A stretch of 63,259 bases of DNA, the filler included, from Octopus bimaculoides (taxonomy: Eukaryota), in assembly GCF_001194135.2 (NCBI RefSeq). It is 5 parts of 5 records of this genome, joined end to end, with 100 filler letters (N's around TTAATTAATTAA, not from the genome) between each part and the next. Parts side by side here need not be neighbours in the genome. Positions count along the whole stretch, not along the records: positions 1 to 26,184 come from NC_069005.1; 4 more parts are not named here. The stretch is one strand, 5' to 3'. Below the pieces are notes generated by a model. That model saw nothing but the letters and a program-made list of their open reading frames with translations. It searched no databases and was not told where the DNA came from. This document shows positions 11,346 to 23,218 of the stretch, piece by piece. Numbering within the stretch: the first letter of the stretch is position 1; every line of letters begins with the position of its first letter. The position numbers and the translations under genes are program-made.

Positions 11346-12614
11346 ATACTAATATTTTTAGGACTGTCCCTTCTATCAAATGCCTCCCCTTCTTTCTATT
11401 CTTTCCTCTCTTCCTTTCTTTCCTTCTCTTTCTTTTAATCCTTCTCTTCCCCTTTCCGCTTTATCTCTTTCCCACTTACCTTATACTTATTGTCTGTCTT
11501 TGCTTCCCTCCTCATACCTGTGCCATTCTTTCAGTGTTCTGTTTGGTTATAATCAGAACAAAACGACTCTGGCGAAAGTAGCATTAATTTTCTAAATCAT
11601 TCAATTTTCTTCAACTGATCATTGGGCGGATTGAGTAAACCTTTCAATAATGAACTTATAATGACTACTGGAAACAGCTGTAAGTCAGATTTACTACAAT
11701 ATGTAGTAATGTAATGACCACTATTTATGCCTTGTCTTACACACACACACACACACACACGCACACACACACAGAGGCAAATTTGTTGTTGAAAATGCAC
11801 TTAAATTTGAAAATCTTGTAATTGTTTAAAATAAATTCATTTACATATAGTCTCAACAATATTCTTTGTTTATCAATGGTAAAAAATTAGAATTATGAAT
11901 TAGAAAGACATCTTTAAAAAGTTCAATATTAACAAGTTTAAATGTTCATAACAGACAAATTTAGAATTATGAATTAGAAAAACATGTTTAAAAATTACGA
12001 TGTTGACAAGTTTAAATGTTCATAGCAGTCTATAATATTAAAACTGCATCAATTTGTTTGAATGTACAAAGCTCATTAGTGTTAATAGTGATTGACAAGA
12101 ATATCATTAAAGCTTCAGTCATACTGCGTTAAGATGGAAAAAAAAACAAGGGAGAAATGAAAATAGTAAAAAAAGGGATTTGGTTTACAATTTCTCTTAT
12201 CCTCTTTCCGTTGTGTGTAGGAACTTTCACTTGTAATGGTGTGTTTTGGAATCTGGTGTTTTTATAATTTTTTCCACGAGCGGATCTGATTTTTGATTTG
12301 TTAAAGTACTGGTGATGTCTTGTTTTTCCAGTGGTCAAGTTTGTCATTCTGCCTGGTTAGCTTCCCTGCGGTGAATGGTCATCAGTCATTCAGTTGGTTG
12401 ATTCTCTTAAAGAGTCATTTTGTATTTGCTGAAGTTCTGAAGTTTGATTGGTCTGAGAGAGAGGTTGTCAGAGGTTGTTGAAGGTTGGCAAGAGAGGTTG
12501 TCAGAGAGAGAGGCATCTTTGTTCCAAAATTTCAGTCTTGCAGGGTAAATATGAAACATAATAAATGAGAGACTTACTTGAGATCACCGTTGTCGCATTA
12601 GAGAAGCTTGTGAA

Positions 12615-14145
12615 GTAGAAGCATCCAGTCGTACTCTGACTCATCGTAGCATTTTAAAGGTGAACTTTATGAAGGCTAATTTATTTAAGGTAATATATGA
12701 ATGTAGTATATATGTATATAAATATATGAATGAAGTGTTTAATGTTTAAGAAGGAAATAAAGAAAGTTAAATAATAACGTTTACACTCACTGATTTTGTT
12801 GGAGGTCTGTTATCTCCATTCCAGCCCCTGGTGGCCTAGAAAAGGTTAGAAGGGTCAAGTGGCAAAGACATTATTCTGCTTAGTGAAGGCATCTGGGAAA
12901 TGTATAACTGCTGTCATTCACAGAAAAACTCTTGTTTTATCGTGGGAAAAGCGCTGTTGAAGTATTAAGTGAAATTTGGCAATTGAGGATCGAATCCACG
13001 CTATGCCTGCATAAAGCCACTACAAATACGTTGTGGAATAAAAAATGTATCTACTGTCATGGAGAATGTGTAACTGTAAAAATACAGAATTATCGGAGTA
13101 ATGGGCATTCAAAAAAGTATGTATGTATAGAAATGTATGAATGAAGTCTTTAATGTTTAAGATTCAAATTTAGGAAGTGCAATAATAATGTTTAACAGTT
13201 CAAAACTGTGAGTAGTGAAATGCAGAATTAGGTCAGCTGATTGCGAGAATCAAATATCGATCGCATTGCTAAAATCGGCAAGTGGTATGGATTATTTCCC
13301 TTGGGTTGTTTAAATAAAATATTAGTAATATGTAGTAGATAGAAGGAACCATTGGAAGGGCTCTATTATTAATTTTTTTCAACAATCTAAGTATGTCACG
13401 AGGTTTCCAGACATGAGTTCTACTCATGTGTCAAATAAAGTATAAAATTGATATTGTCTGCAAAAATTAGAAATTGGACACACAAAAGATCAATATTCAA
13501 AGTAATCGAACATAAACAACGAAACCTGTAAAATATTTCTAAATTCAATGGCTCAATTAGTTTCATGAAAATGTTGTATGAACTGTAAGTAAGCAATAAA
13601 TATTATTATTTGTAAAATAAGTATAAGTGATACAGGGTGTCCCAACTGAATGTGGTGTGGAACTTTGGTTTCATTTTTTAAGAAATTTAAGCAGAATTAT
13701 TGGAGTTATGTGCATTGAAAGTATACATGCCTCAAGAAAGAGCGATAATAAGGTTTAACAGTTCAAAACTGTAAGTAGTGAAATACAGAATTAGGTCCAC
13801 TGATCATGAGAATTAAATATTGATTGCTTCACTAAAAACTAACAACTGTAAGTGCAGGTGCTATGGGTTATTTCCATTGAGTGTTTCAAAGAAAATATTG
13901 TGCAGGTACTATGGGTTATTTCCCTTGGGTGTTCAAAAATAATTAGTTATATGAGATAGATATAAAGATCCCTTCCAGGGGTCATATTATCGACGTTTTC
14001 AACAATCTAAAGTATGTCACGACGTTTCCAGACATGAGTTTTACCCATGTGTCAAGTTTCATCAAAATCAATAAAACGATGCAGGAGGAGTTAGATAACA
14101 CCACAAACAAACACACACCAATTTTCCACATATGTAGTATATATA
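12615..14145 (-). mobile_element. Non-autonomous Helitron-like element with internal diverged tandem blocks
   Basis: Blocks 13190-13435 and 13750-14055 are homologous. The right end reads like the Helitron 5' ends elsewhere (minus strand: tactacatatgtggaaaattggtgtgtgtttgtttgt). Left boundary uncertain. Confidence 0.45.
13630..13740 (+). mobile_element. Tc1/mariner-type terminal fragment
   Basis: TA followed by CAGGGTGTCCCA, a typical Tc1/mariner TIR start; no partner TIR seen. Confidence 0.4.
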
Positions 14146-14175
14146 TATATATATATATATATATANNNNNNNNNN

Positions 14176-14221
<46 letters not shown>

Positions 14222-14530
14222 AGGTGAAGGCTTATGTGGTTAGGGTATTTGGCTCAAGGTCGTGAGTTCAATTCTCAGTGACGCGTTGTGTCCCTGAGCA
14301 AGATATTTTATTTCACACTGTTCCAGTCCACTCAGCTGGCAAAAATGAGGACCCGTATTTCAAAGGGTCAGCCTTGTCACATTCAGTATCATGCTGAATC
14401 TCCCTGAGAACTACGTTAAGGGTACACGTGCCTGTGGAGTGCTCAGCCACTTGCACGTTATTTTCTTGAGCAGGCTGTTCTGTTGATCGGATCAACTACA
14501 TCCTTTGTCATCATAAGCAATGAAATGCCA
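14222..14530 (+). mobile_element. SINE family 3 (tRNA head, CORE-like centre, tail X)
   Basis: gtggttaggg...gagttcaattc, ttgtgtccctgagcaaga...ctcagctggcaaaaatgag, then a tail shared with 50830-51010. Confidence 0.75.
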
Positions 14531-14543
14531 GTCAGTCAGTCAG

Positions 14544-14626
<83 letters not shown>

Positions 14627-14702
14627 TAGAGAGAGGTGGATGAGAAAACGTTTATGAGACACCATGTTACAAAACTCTTGGTTGTTTAATTTGCTGTTGA
14701 AG

Positions 14703-14866
14703 GATGCTGAAGTGCATGGCGGTGGTAAGAAAGTCAGTTCTTATATTGCATTATTGACTTGTGAAGAACCTGTTGAGGAGACGTTCTTGAAATATGTTGC
14801 AACATCTGCAGAACAAGCTGAATATCTTGAGAATAAAATTCTCCGACGGAATATGAACTGCATCAG
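14703..14866 (+). CDS. EFCAB5: EFCAB5-like exon C (phase 0 in, phase 2 out): DAEVHGGGKKVSSYIALLTCEEPVEETFLKYVATSAEQAEYLENKILRRNMNCI(S)
   Basis: Acceptor ttgctgttgaag|, donor CAG|gtaata. 164 nt; lies in the ORF-track entry 14664..14870. Matches recalled human [20 protein letters not shown]...[28 protein letters not shown]. Confidence 0.9.
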
Positions 14867-15114
14867 GTAATAACTGTGAATTTTTGTTATTTAGTTCCTT
14901 GCTGCCCAGTGACATGAATTCTCTACCGCTTAACACTTCTCATACCAATTCTTGAATTCTTCGATCAAAACTAATATTTAAATATTAAAGTCTTCTGTCA
15001 TAATTTTATGTGAGAAATTGTTGAGAATTTTTTCCAATTTCTAAAACTCAGTTTAATGTAGGAATAAAGTGCAAAAGTTATATGACCAAATACTTCCATT
15101 TTAAAATTTTTTCC

Positions 15115-15264
15115 AACAGGTGCAGGCTTAACTGTGTGGTAAGAAACTTACTTCCCATTCACATGGTTCTGGGCTCAGTTCCATTGCATAGCACTTAGGA
15201 AAGTGTCTTCTATTATAGTCTGTGAGTGAATTTGGTTGATGGAAACTGAAAGAAGCCTGTCATA

Positions 15265-15305
<41 letters not shown>
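15115..15305 (+). mobile_element. SINE family 1, 5' half
   Basis: ctgtgtggtaagaaacttacttccc...ggaaactgaaagaagcc followed by (TG)n. Confidence 0.75.
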
Positions 15306-15589
15306 ATAATATTAAGTATGTTTTTAAAAGTATGGGCTATTTACAGAGTGCTCATAGAGAGCCAATGCAAAAAAAATACATTGAGAAGATTGAAAATACA
15401 AATCATAGGCAGCCAAACAGATTTCCAAATGCATAAATGGAAACATTCAATCAAAGTAGTTGAATGATATATATTTATGCACATCAACATAAATCATGCA
15501 TGTATAGCCATAAAGATTCTCCAAGGGAATAATGAATAAAACCAAACATACATAAAAATATAGAAGAAATATAAAAATATATAAAAATA

Positions 15590-16294
15590 CATATAAAATT
15601 ACATATAAATAAAATTCACATGTAAGGAGTTATACACGATAAATATAAGAGGTGCAAAACGAATGAGAGGTTGATAAATAAAAATGTCAACCTTTAAAAT
15701 GGCAAACTGCCTAAATTGTCTAAAAATCACATATACACCTAGGATATAAGATAGAAATAACGCTAGAAATCAGGTTAAGAAAAACAAATAAAACAGGATC
15801 CAAAAATAGGAGGGCGTTCCATCTATGGCTGTTTCAGGGGTACATTACCAGTCATGGTTAAAAAGTAAATACTTTGTATATGCAATCTCCCCATCATCAG
15901 GATGATGTCCTCTCTGGTAAATACTATTGTACTAATAATCTAGCAGAATCAAGAATTCCTAATAAAGTGTTTCACAGCTTGTATGCAAATGATCCCATGT
16001 TTGCTATGAGTGGAAGAATCCAAATATTTGGGAATCACAATTATATCTACAACCATTATTCTAATTCAGTTCCCTTGTAGATCTAATTCTATAGGTTTTT
16101 AGAAATGTAGAATGAAATCTATGGTTACAGGTGGGGATCGTGTCTGAAAACTTATTTAACATACTAGCCTTATATAATTTAAGGATTAAATATGATTCCC
16201 TTACACACAATATACACCAATCAGAACCATTACCATATGGAGGAGCCCTTGCAATTATGGCCCATGTCAGTTCATAAGGCAAGTTACTATCCCT
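15590..16294 (-). mobile_element. Penelope-like element, GIY-YIG C-terminus and 3' region (left piece)
   Basis: Minus frame LRDSNLPYELTWAIIARAPPYGNGSDWCILCVRESYLILKLYKASMLNK...CNH, the CxLC...NK...CxH signature after the GIY-YIG domain; hammerhead-like motif downstream. Confidence 0.75.
15819..15905 (-). ncRNA. Degenerate type I hammerhead motif in the Penelope 3' region
   Basis: catc-CTGATGA-tGGGG...CCCCt-GAAAC-agcc-ATA-gatg; stem I CATC/GATG. Confidence 0.5.
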
Positions 16295-18035
16295 AAGTTT
16301 ATTTCAGCATGCAGGAGAAGGGTCTGGAAGCTCAAAGATTCTGTGAATTGACAGAGATTTAGAGACTTATTACTCGAAGCCTTTGACAAAATAGTAGGGG
16401 ATATAGCTTCACACGGTGTAGAAGACAACTGGAGGTTTCTACGGGACAACCTGCTAAGGGACACTGACCAGATCTGTGGATGGTGCAAAGTCCCCTCTCG
16501 ACCCAAAATAACGTAGTGGTGGAATAATGTTGTTGACAGGGCTATTAGACAAAAGAAACAGGCTTGGAAGGACTGGAAGAACGGTGGTAGCAGGGAATTG
16601 TATCAGACTGCCAGAAGGGAAGCTAGGAGACAGGTTTATTTAGCCAGAGGGGAAGCAGATAAGAAAAAATTTGCCAATGTTCTGCACCATGAGGACCAAA
16701 GACTTGAGGTATTTCGTGTTGCAAGACAGTGTAGGAGAGAGAATAGTGATGTTGTAGGAGAGAAATGTGTTCGCATGGATGATGGTACACTTGCACTAAA
16801 CGAGGCAGTAAAGATAGAGGTTTGGAGATGCCACTACGAAAGGTTGCTCAATAAAGAGAATGAATGGAAGAAAGAGAGTCTGCTGAATGTCGACCCAACA
16901 GAGGGACCAGCTATTTGAGTTGACAGTACCATGGTAGATAAAGCAATTAAGAATATGAAGACAGGGAAAGCCCCCGGTCCATCAGGGATCAATGCAGAGA
17001 TGCTCAAAATATCTGGCAGTGTCGGCTATAGCCTAGTCACCCATATTGTTAATCAGGTGATACATGAAGGAGTCATACCCAATGACTGGTGTAGCAGCAC
17101 CATAGTCAACTGCTACAAAGGTAAAGGTGACACTTTAGATACAAATAATTACAGAGGTATCAAGTTGTTAGATCAGGTAATGAAAATCACGGAGAGGGTC
17201 ATAGCCCAACTAATTAGGGAGAGAGTTAGTTAGATGAGATGCAGTTTGGGTTTGTGCCAGGGAAAAGCACCACTGATGCTATATTTCTGGTAAGACAGCT
17301 TCAGGAGAAATACCTAGCCAAAGATAAACCTCTGTACCTGGCTTTTGTTGACGTGGAGAGAGCCTTTGATAGGGTCTCCCGATCCCTTATCTGGTGGTCA
17401 ATGAGGAAACTAGGGATAGAAGAATGGTTAGTGAGAGCTGTGCGAGCCATGTACAGTGACGCTGTCAGTAAAGTTGGCAATAAGTACAGTGAAGAATTCC
17501 GGGTAGAGGTAGGAGTCCACCAAAGTTCAGTCCTCAGCCCACTCCTATTTATCATAGTCTTCCAGGCCATAACAGAGGAATTCAAGACAGAATGCCCCTG
17601 GGAGCTCCTCTATGCTGATGACCATGCACTAATTGCTGAGTCACTATCAGAACTAGAGGAGAAGTTTCAGGTGTGGAAGCAGGGACTAGAATCGAAGGGC
17701 CTTAGAGTCAACCTAGCTAAAACCAAAGTCCTAATAAGTAGGAAGGTAGATAAAACACAAACCCCCTTCGGGTAGATGGCCCTGCTCAATCTATAGAAAA
17801 GGTGTAGGTAGAAACTCTATAAGATGTACACAGTGCAAGCTATGGACACATAAGAGGTGCAGCAATATCAAAGGAAGGTTAACTAGGAAGTTAGTTTTTG
17901 TATGTGGCAGATGTTCAGGAGCAATAAACACTGAAAATGTGCAGAAAACAACTTTGGCCACATTCCAGGGAGAAAAACTAGACTTAGTTGATAGCTTCTG
18001 CTATCTAGGTGACCAAGTTAGTAGTGGGGGAGGGT
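16295..18035 (+). mobile_element. RTE-clade LINE internal fragment (RT region), pseudogenised, truncated at both ends
   Basis: ORFs 16598-16918, 16931-17233 and 17239-17775 give KAPGPSG, IVNCYKGKGD, MQFGF, AFVDVERAFD, QSSVLSP and YADD; stops and a 1-nt frameshift are present; the fragment ends at YLGDQVSSGG. Confidence 0.95.
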
Positions 18036-18185
18036 TAAACTGTAGAACTGACGAGTCCTATTGTCTGTTAACGGAAATTATTGAGAAGTATCAAAGATGT
18101 TTGTCTAGCAAGTGATTTGACCTGAGATTGTGTGTCAGGTACAAAATGGAAGCCAAGTATTAGTTAAATCTCATAAACATCTATT
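18036..18185 (-). mobile_element. Penelope-like element (right piece, upstream of the RTE insertion)
   Basis: Joins 16294 in frame when the RTE is removed (...FYSL|RDSNLPYELTW). Confidence 0.55.
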
Positions 18186-18189
18186 ATAT

Positions 18190-18329
18190 ACAAGTGCAGC
18201 TGTGTGCTTCCCAACCACATGGGTTCAGTCCCAATGCATGGCACCTTGTGCAAGTGTTTTCTACTATAGCCTGGGGTTGATCAAAGCCTTGTGAGTGGAT
18301 TTGGAAGATGGAAACTGAAGGAAGTCTGT

Positions 18330-18396
<67 letters not shown>

Positions 18397-18601
18397 GTGT
18401 GTGTGTGTGTATACCCTCCACCCCACCTGGTGTTGGTGTTTTTACACCCCTGTAACTTAGAAGCTTAGCTAAAGAAACTGATAGAATAAGTACTAATGTT
18501 AAGAAATAAGTCCTGGGGTCAATTTCTTTGGCTAAAAAAACCCCTTTAAGGCAGTGCTCCAGCATGGCCACAGTCAAATGACTGAAACAAATAAAAGAAT
18601 A
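18190..18601 (+). mobile_element. SINE family 1, near full length, with internal (TA)n(TATG)n(TG)n
   Basis: Head, core and 3' end ccagcatggccacagtcaaatgactgaaacaaataaaagaat. Confidence 0.85.
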
Positions 18602-18717
18602 ATGTTAAAATGTCTGCCACATCAACCGTGACCTGTTCACTGGTGTGGTTCCACTGCAATGAAGTTGAGTTTTTGTGTGGTTTTGAATGATTAAAATGTA
18701 TTGTTGATGCTGTAAGG

Positions 18718-19044
18718 TAGGGATTCTCAACCATTTTTGTTATCTATGGATCCTTTTGATTACAACTTTATTCAGGTGGACGCCGCCTTCCCCAACCACC
18801 TGATGTTTAAAAACTAGTTTTATAGAAACTTCTTTCAAAATTCCCATTTTGTTGTTCATACATTAACTTGCAGAAGGTGAAACATTAGAGAAAGAAACCA
18901 ATACATACATCTAAAGCAGAAAAAACATTTTCAAAGGCCTTTAAGATACTAGGGTGGATTCCGAATTTACTATTTTGTTGTGTGGACCCCTGAAAATCGT
19001 ATATGGACCTTCAGGGCTTATATAGACCCTGGCTGAGAACCAAG
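18718..19044. mobile_element. Decayed hAT (Charlie/Buster-like) non-autonomous element
   Basis: Left end tagggattctcaacc, right end ggctgagaacc; no clear 8-bp TSD. Confidence 0.45.
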
Positions 19045-19169
19045 TACCGTATCGGTTTTAAGAAATAATTAGCAGTGTAAGGGAGACAATTCTCAACGAA
19101 CTTTCATCATTAGAATGCTTAGACTCGTTAAACTTTACTGTCACTTGGGGAATGTAACTTTCTTTTAGC

Positions 19170-19545
19170 TTTTTTTTTACTTGTTTCAGTCATTGGACAG
19201 CGACCATGCTGGGGCACCACCTTAAAGGGTTTGGTCGAACAGATCGCCCCCAGTACTTTATTTTAAAGTTTAGTATTTGTTCTATTGGTCACTTTCTTTC
19301 AGGAGTGGTGCATAAACAGACCAGCTCCGGTTGTCCAGATGCTTGAGGGGTGGGGGATACAAAGATACACCCCTCCACACACACACATGTATATCCTTCA
19401 CTCGTTTCAGTCATTTGACTGTGGCCATGCTGGGGCACCACCTCAAAGAATTTGAGTCTGCTTTTTTTAAAGCCCGGTACTGATTCTATTGGTTTCTTTT
19501 GCCAAACTACTTAGCTCTGTGGATGTAAACACACCAACACCGTCA
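19170..19545 (-). mobile_element. Two tandem SINE family 1 3' halves
   Basis: ttgtttcagtcattgg... at 19180 and cgtttcagtcatttgactgtggccatgctgggg at 19405. Confidence 0.75.
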
Positions 19546-20071
19546 CAATCTTCTCTCTTGCATCCTTTATTTACTGATTCGTTTTCTTCTTTATTTATGT
19601 ATACCCCTGTAACGGTCTTAACTTTGCCCTTGGTTTAAATATAATTGACCAATTGTTGAGCTGGACGGACTTTGGTCAATTCCATTACTGACAACAGGTG
19701 GTGGTCTCTAGAATATTTCACTCAGAACACCATTATAAGAACTCTACGGTTTTTGTTTTGGATAAATATTAATTAGCCCTATTCACGATATCATAAGTAC
19801 TATTCTTTTTCTAGATATATTGGTAATTCCTGTCTTATTTTAGTACTAGCTTCATTTCACTACTATTTATACACCCTGGTTCCCCCTTATATAGAAATAA
19901 CCCATAGATATTCTCTTAGATCACTGCTAGTTCACTCTTTTGCCTATTGACTTCAAGCTCCACACCAGAAGATGGTATGATTTTCATATATTGAGCCTTC
20001 TGGTCACATCTTGGGGCCCTGTTCTTTCCTCTTCCCTCTCCCCTTCGTTTATTTTATTTTATGCATTTGTA

Positions 20072-20186
20072 TTCACTCTGACGAAACTCCATGTACTAGA
20101 TTGAATGTGCTGTGAAGATTGAATGTGCTATGAATTTCTTTCGTACACACTGACAAACATCGTCAGTGGAAACGGTCGTAAGAAAT
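20072..20186 (+). ncRNA. Degenerate hammerhead-like motif
   Basis: CTGACGA (20078-84)...GAAAC-GGTC-GTA (20169-80); stem I is weak. Confidence 0.35.
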
Positions 20187-20492
20187 GTTATGTCATATTT
20201 TGTATTAAAAAATAATCAACCAATGTTGGTCAATTTGTTTGTTTGTTAATCAAAAGTTTTCTCCATTTTCTGATTATTTAAATTTGATTCCTGATAAACT
20301 TTTTGTTTCTTCTGTTGTTACCTGTACCCTATGAGCATAGTCTACCTGCATACACCCATGCCCAGGGATAGCATAGATAATTGATACTGATAGTAAGAAG
20401 GGATACTATTATCACTTAGACAGTTATTACAACCACTAACTCTGCTTACACACACACACACACACACACATACACACATATATATATATATT

Positions 20493-20572
20493 GACAAATG
20501 TCTTTTACTATAGCATTGAACTAACCAAAGCCTTGTGAGTGGATTTGGTTGATGGAAATGGAAAGAAACCTG

Positions 20573-20605
<33 letters not shown>

Positions 20606-20790
20606 TTTGTGCCTGTGTTTGTCCTCCAACACTAGTGTGCTTACATCCCTGTAATTTAGAGACCAATAGAATAAATACCAGGCTTTGGAAAAATATTAAT
20701 CACTGGGGTTGATTCATTCAACTAAAACTTCTTCAAGGCAGTGCCCTAGTATGGCTGCAGTCTAGTGATGGAAACATGTAAAAGATATGA
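20493..20790 (+). mobile_element. SINE family 1, decayed
   Basis: aagccttgtgagtggatttgg...(TG)n...ggcagtgccctagtatggc. Confidence 0.7.
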
Positions 20791-20844
20791 AGGAAAAAGA
20801 GAGAGAATATATTTTCCACACTTTAGTAAAATAATGACTTTGTT

Positions 20845-21290
20845 TACTAATACTGATTTCAAACGTTGGCGCAAGGCCAGCAATTTCAGGAGAGGAGGTA
20901 GGCTGATTACTTCAAACCCCAGTGCTCGACTGTTTCTCATTTTATCGACCCCAAAGGGATGAAAGGCTAAGCTGACCTTGGCACAATTTGAACTTAGAAC
21001 ATAAGGACAGAAGACATGCCACTAAACATTTTTATCTAGCATACTAGTGATTCTGCCAGCTTGTTGTCTTAGTTTCCTTATATTTATTTACAATTTTGGC
21101 ACAAGGCCAGCAATTTCAGGAGTGGGGTAAGTCAGTCACATCAACCCCCCACTGATCAACTGGTATATATTTTATCAACTCTGAGAGGATAAACAGCAAA
21201 GTTGATCTTAACAGAATTTGAACTTAGAACGCAAAGATGAATGAAATGTCACTAAGCATTTTACTAACAATTCTGCCAGTTTTGCTGCCT
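20845..21290 (-). mobile_element. Two tandem SINE family 2 copies just upstream of exon D
   Basis: caaggccagcaatttcagg...gattctgccagcttg occurs at about 20870-21062 and 21100-21285. Confidence 0.75.
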
Positions 21291-21339
21291 TATTTTGTTT
21301 ACTAAATTTACTTACTTTCTTTGTTGTTCTTCCTTCTAG

Positions 21340-21424
21340 CTTCATGTGTATTGATAAAGGTGTGCCTATACATGTACCCAAAGTAAAAAGTCATGGTAAG
21401 ATTTACTTCTGGAATACTGACGAG
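21340..21424 (+). CDS. EFCAB5: EFCAB5-like exon D (phase 2 in, phase 0 out): (S)FMCIDKGVPIHVPKVKSHGKIYFWNTDE
   Basis: Acceptor ttcttccttctag|, donor GAG|gtaatt. 85 nt. Matches recalled human [25 protein letters not shown]. Phase matches exon C. Confidence 0.9.
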
Positions 21425-22569
21425 GTAATTATGTAAGAGTTTCTTGTCATTTCCTTCATTTGGCCTATCTAGTTTCCTCATGCTTGTGAGTCAAAGATGG
21501 ATACTGTTGGTAGGGTTTACTCACAGCAGCAAAGAAGTCAATCTCAGCACTGAGCAATAAAATATGCATCCCTTATACCACATTTATCCCCTGTAATCTA
21601 GTAACAGTGAACCGTGATGAAATCAATAATGATTTCATCATCATCATTGTCATCATTTAATGTCTTTTGTTAAGGTTATCTCTACAGCACTAATTTTGTT
21701 ATGATGTTTCATATCCAAGATGCCAGATATAAAGAAACAATGAGATTATAGATGGTCGAGGTGAAGCGTGGTGAAACCATCTAATAATGACTCTGTTCAG
21801 AAGGCTAAAATAAAACATATAATGTGTCAGTTGGATAGAGAGAGAGACACAACTGAGTAGAAGGTTTAAGAGATTTATTGATGTTAACATGTGTCTGTGC
21901 ATGTGCCATGTATACAGAATAATAGACAGGCCGTTATGAGAACAAAGTGTATATGTGTGTAGACCTGGATGAGTGCATTAAGTACATATAAGAATAGTAA
22001 TGAGGAAGAAAACAGTGAGAGAATCTATAATGAGAAGTTAGATGAATGTTTAGTCAATTGTACATAGTGACTGAAATACTGTATCGAGAAGTTTGCAGCA
22101 TTGATGCAGAGCCGGTGTGGTATGTGTCATACAAAGTTGTGGCTGTAATGCTGCTGCCTGGGTCACTTGTATAGGAGTTCTTTGCTGTTAACCATGGTGA
22201 AGTAATTCATGAACAGTGCTATGTTAGAACCTGTGCAGTGTTGCTGGTTGAGTTGTGTATGTAGAGCTGTCATTGACGTCATTAAGAAGATGGTAGCAAT
22301 GAAGAAAAAGATTGCCATAATGCTGTTGGACAGGTGTTGTCTGGCTCGCAGGTTGTATATTTGTGGTTGAGCCCTGGTGAAGTAATTCATGAACAGAGCT
22401 GTGTTGAAGCCTGGTCGTGTTGCTGTTGGATGGGTGTTGTTGTCTGACATTGTCCCTGGAATTGGCTGTGTCTTGTGTGGTCATTGGCTAGACTTTAAAA
22501 GGTCTAGAATCAAAGACTTCGAGACGAGGTGAAGCTGGGTTTTTATAAATAACTGTAGGCTCAAATTGG

Positions 22570-22949
22570 ATTGTGAACAGGCTGTTTCACATGATCTTAT
22601 TTAGGGGCTCTGATTGGTTATACACTGCATATTGGCACGACAGAGTAAGAGACAAATTGCGCCAGGACCAACCAATCAGAGTAGTGGACACAACGGGGTT
22701 CAAATACCAGCCAAAGGTTAGCTGTTATTTGCAACTGGTTGTTTTAATGGCGGAACAAACAGGACATAAAGATTATAAAAATAGCGATTCTCACTTTGAA
22801 ACTAATGACTTTGAAAATCTTTTTAGATTACAGAACGCCTCACTCTCTCATGTATCCATGTTTAAAATTTCAGCGTGATCGGATGAACAATACTCGAGTT
22901 ATAAGCGCACAAACAAACAGACAGACAGAATGGATTTTATATATTAAGA
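22570..22949 (-). mobile_element. Non-autonomous Helitron, 5' portion
   Basis: Minus strand A|TCTTAATATATAAAATCC...tctgtctgtctgtttgttt; internal 12-bp inverted repeat ctctgattggtt (22608-19) / aaccaatcagag (22670-81). Confidence 0.6.
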
Positions 22950-23183
22950 TTTTGGGACGGTCATTTTTTTTTATTTTGCCAAATAAACACACACACTATA
23001 TATTCGTTTTTCACTCATTTATTACTGTTCTTATTTTATGTCCATTGTCTGGAAATGTTTCATCAGACATTTGTGACCTCTTCAGCAACATCTTCTGTCC
23101 TTGTGTATCCTTCTGCTCCACTTAATCAATTCTGTCCTACTGTGATGTGTATCCTTATCTGTGCATGCATTTGCATCTGTGTG

Positions 23184-23218
<35 letters not shown>

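Noticed and set aside
11535-11577. Possible 43-nt exon
   Set aside because: Weak donor (gtagca), no homology, and not needed for phase once exon C was found.
14740-14960. Minus-strand ORF 14751-14936 as a transposase remnant
   Set aside because: It is the antisense shadow of exon C.
21700-22560. Coding-like minus-strand segment with a ~45-bp internal repeat (ALFMNYFT twice) and shared cgaggtgaagc ends
   Set aside because: Probably a decayed retroelement, but I could not assign a family or boundaries.
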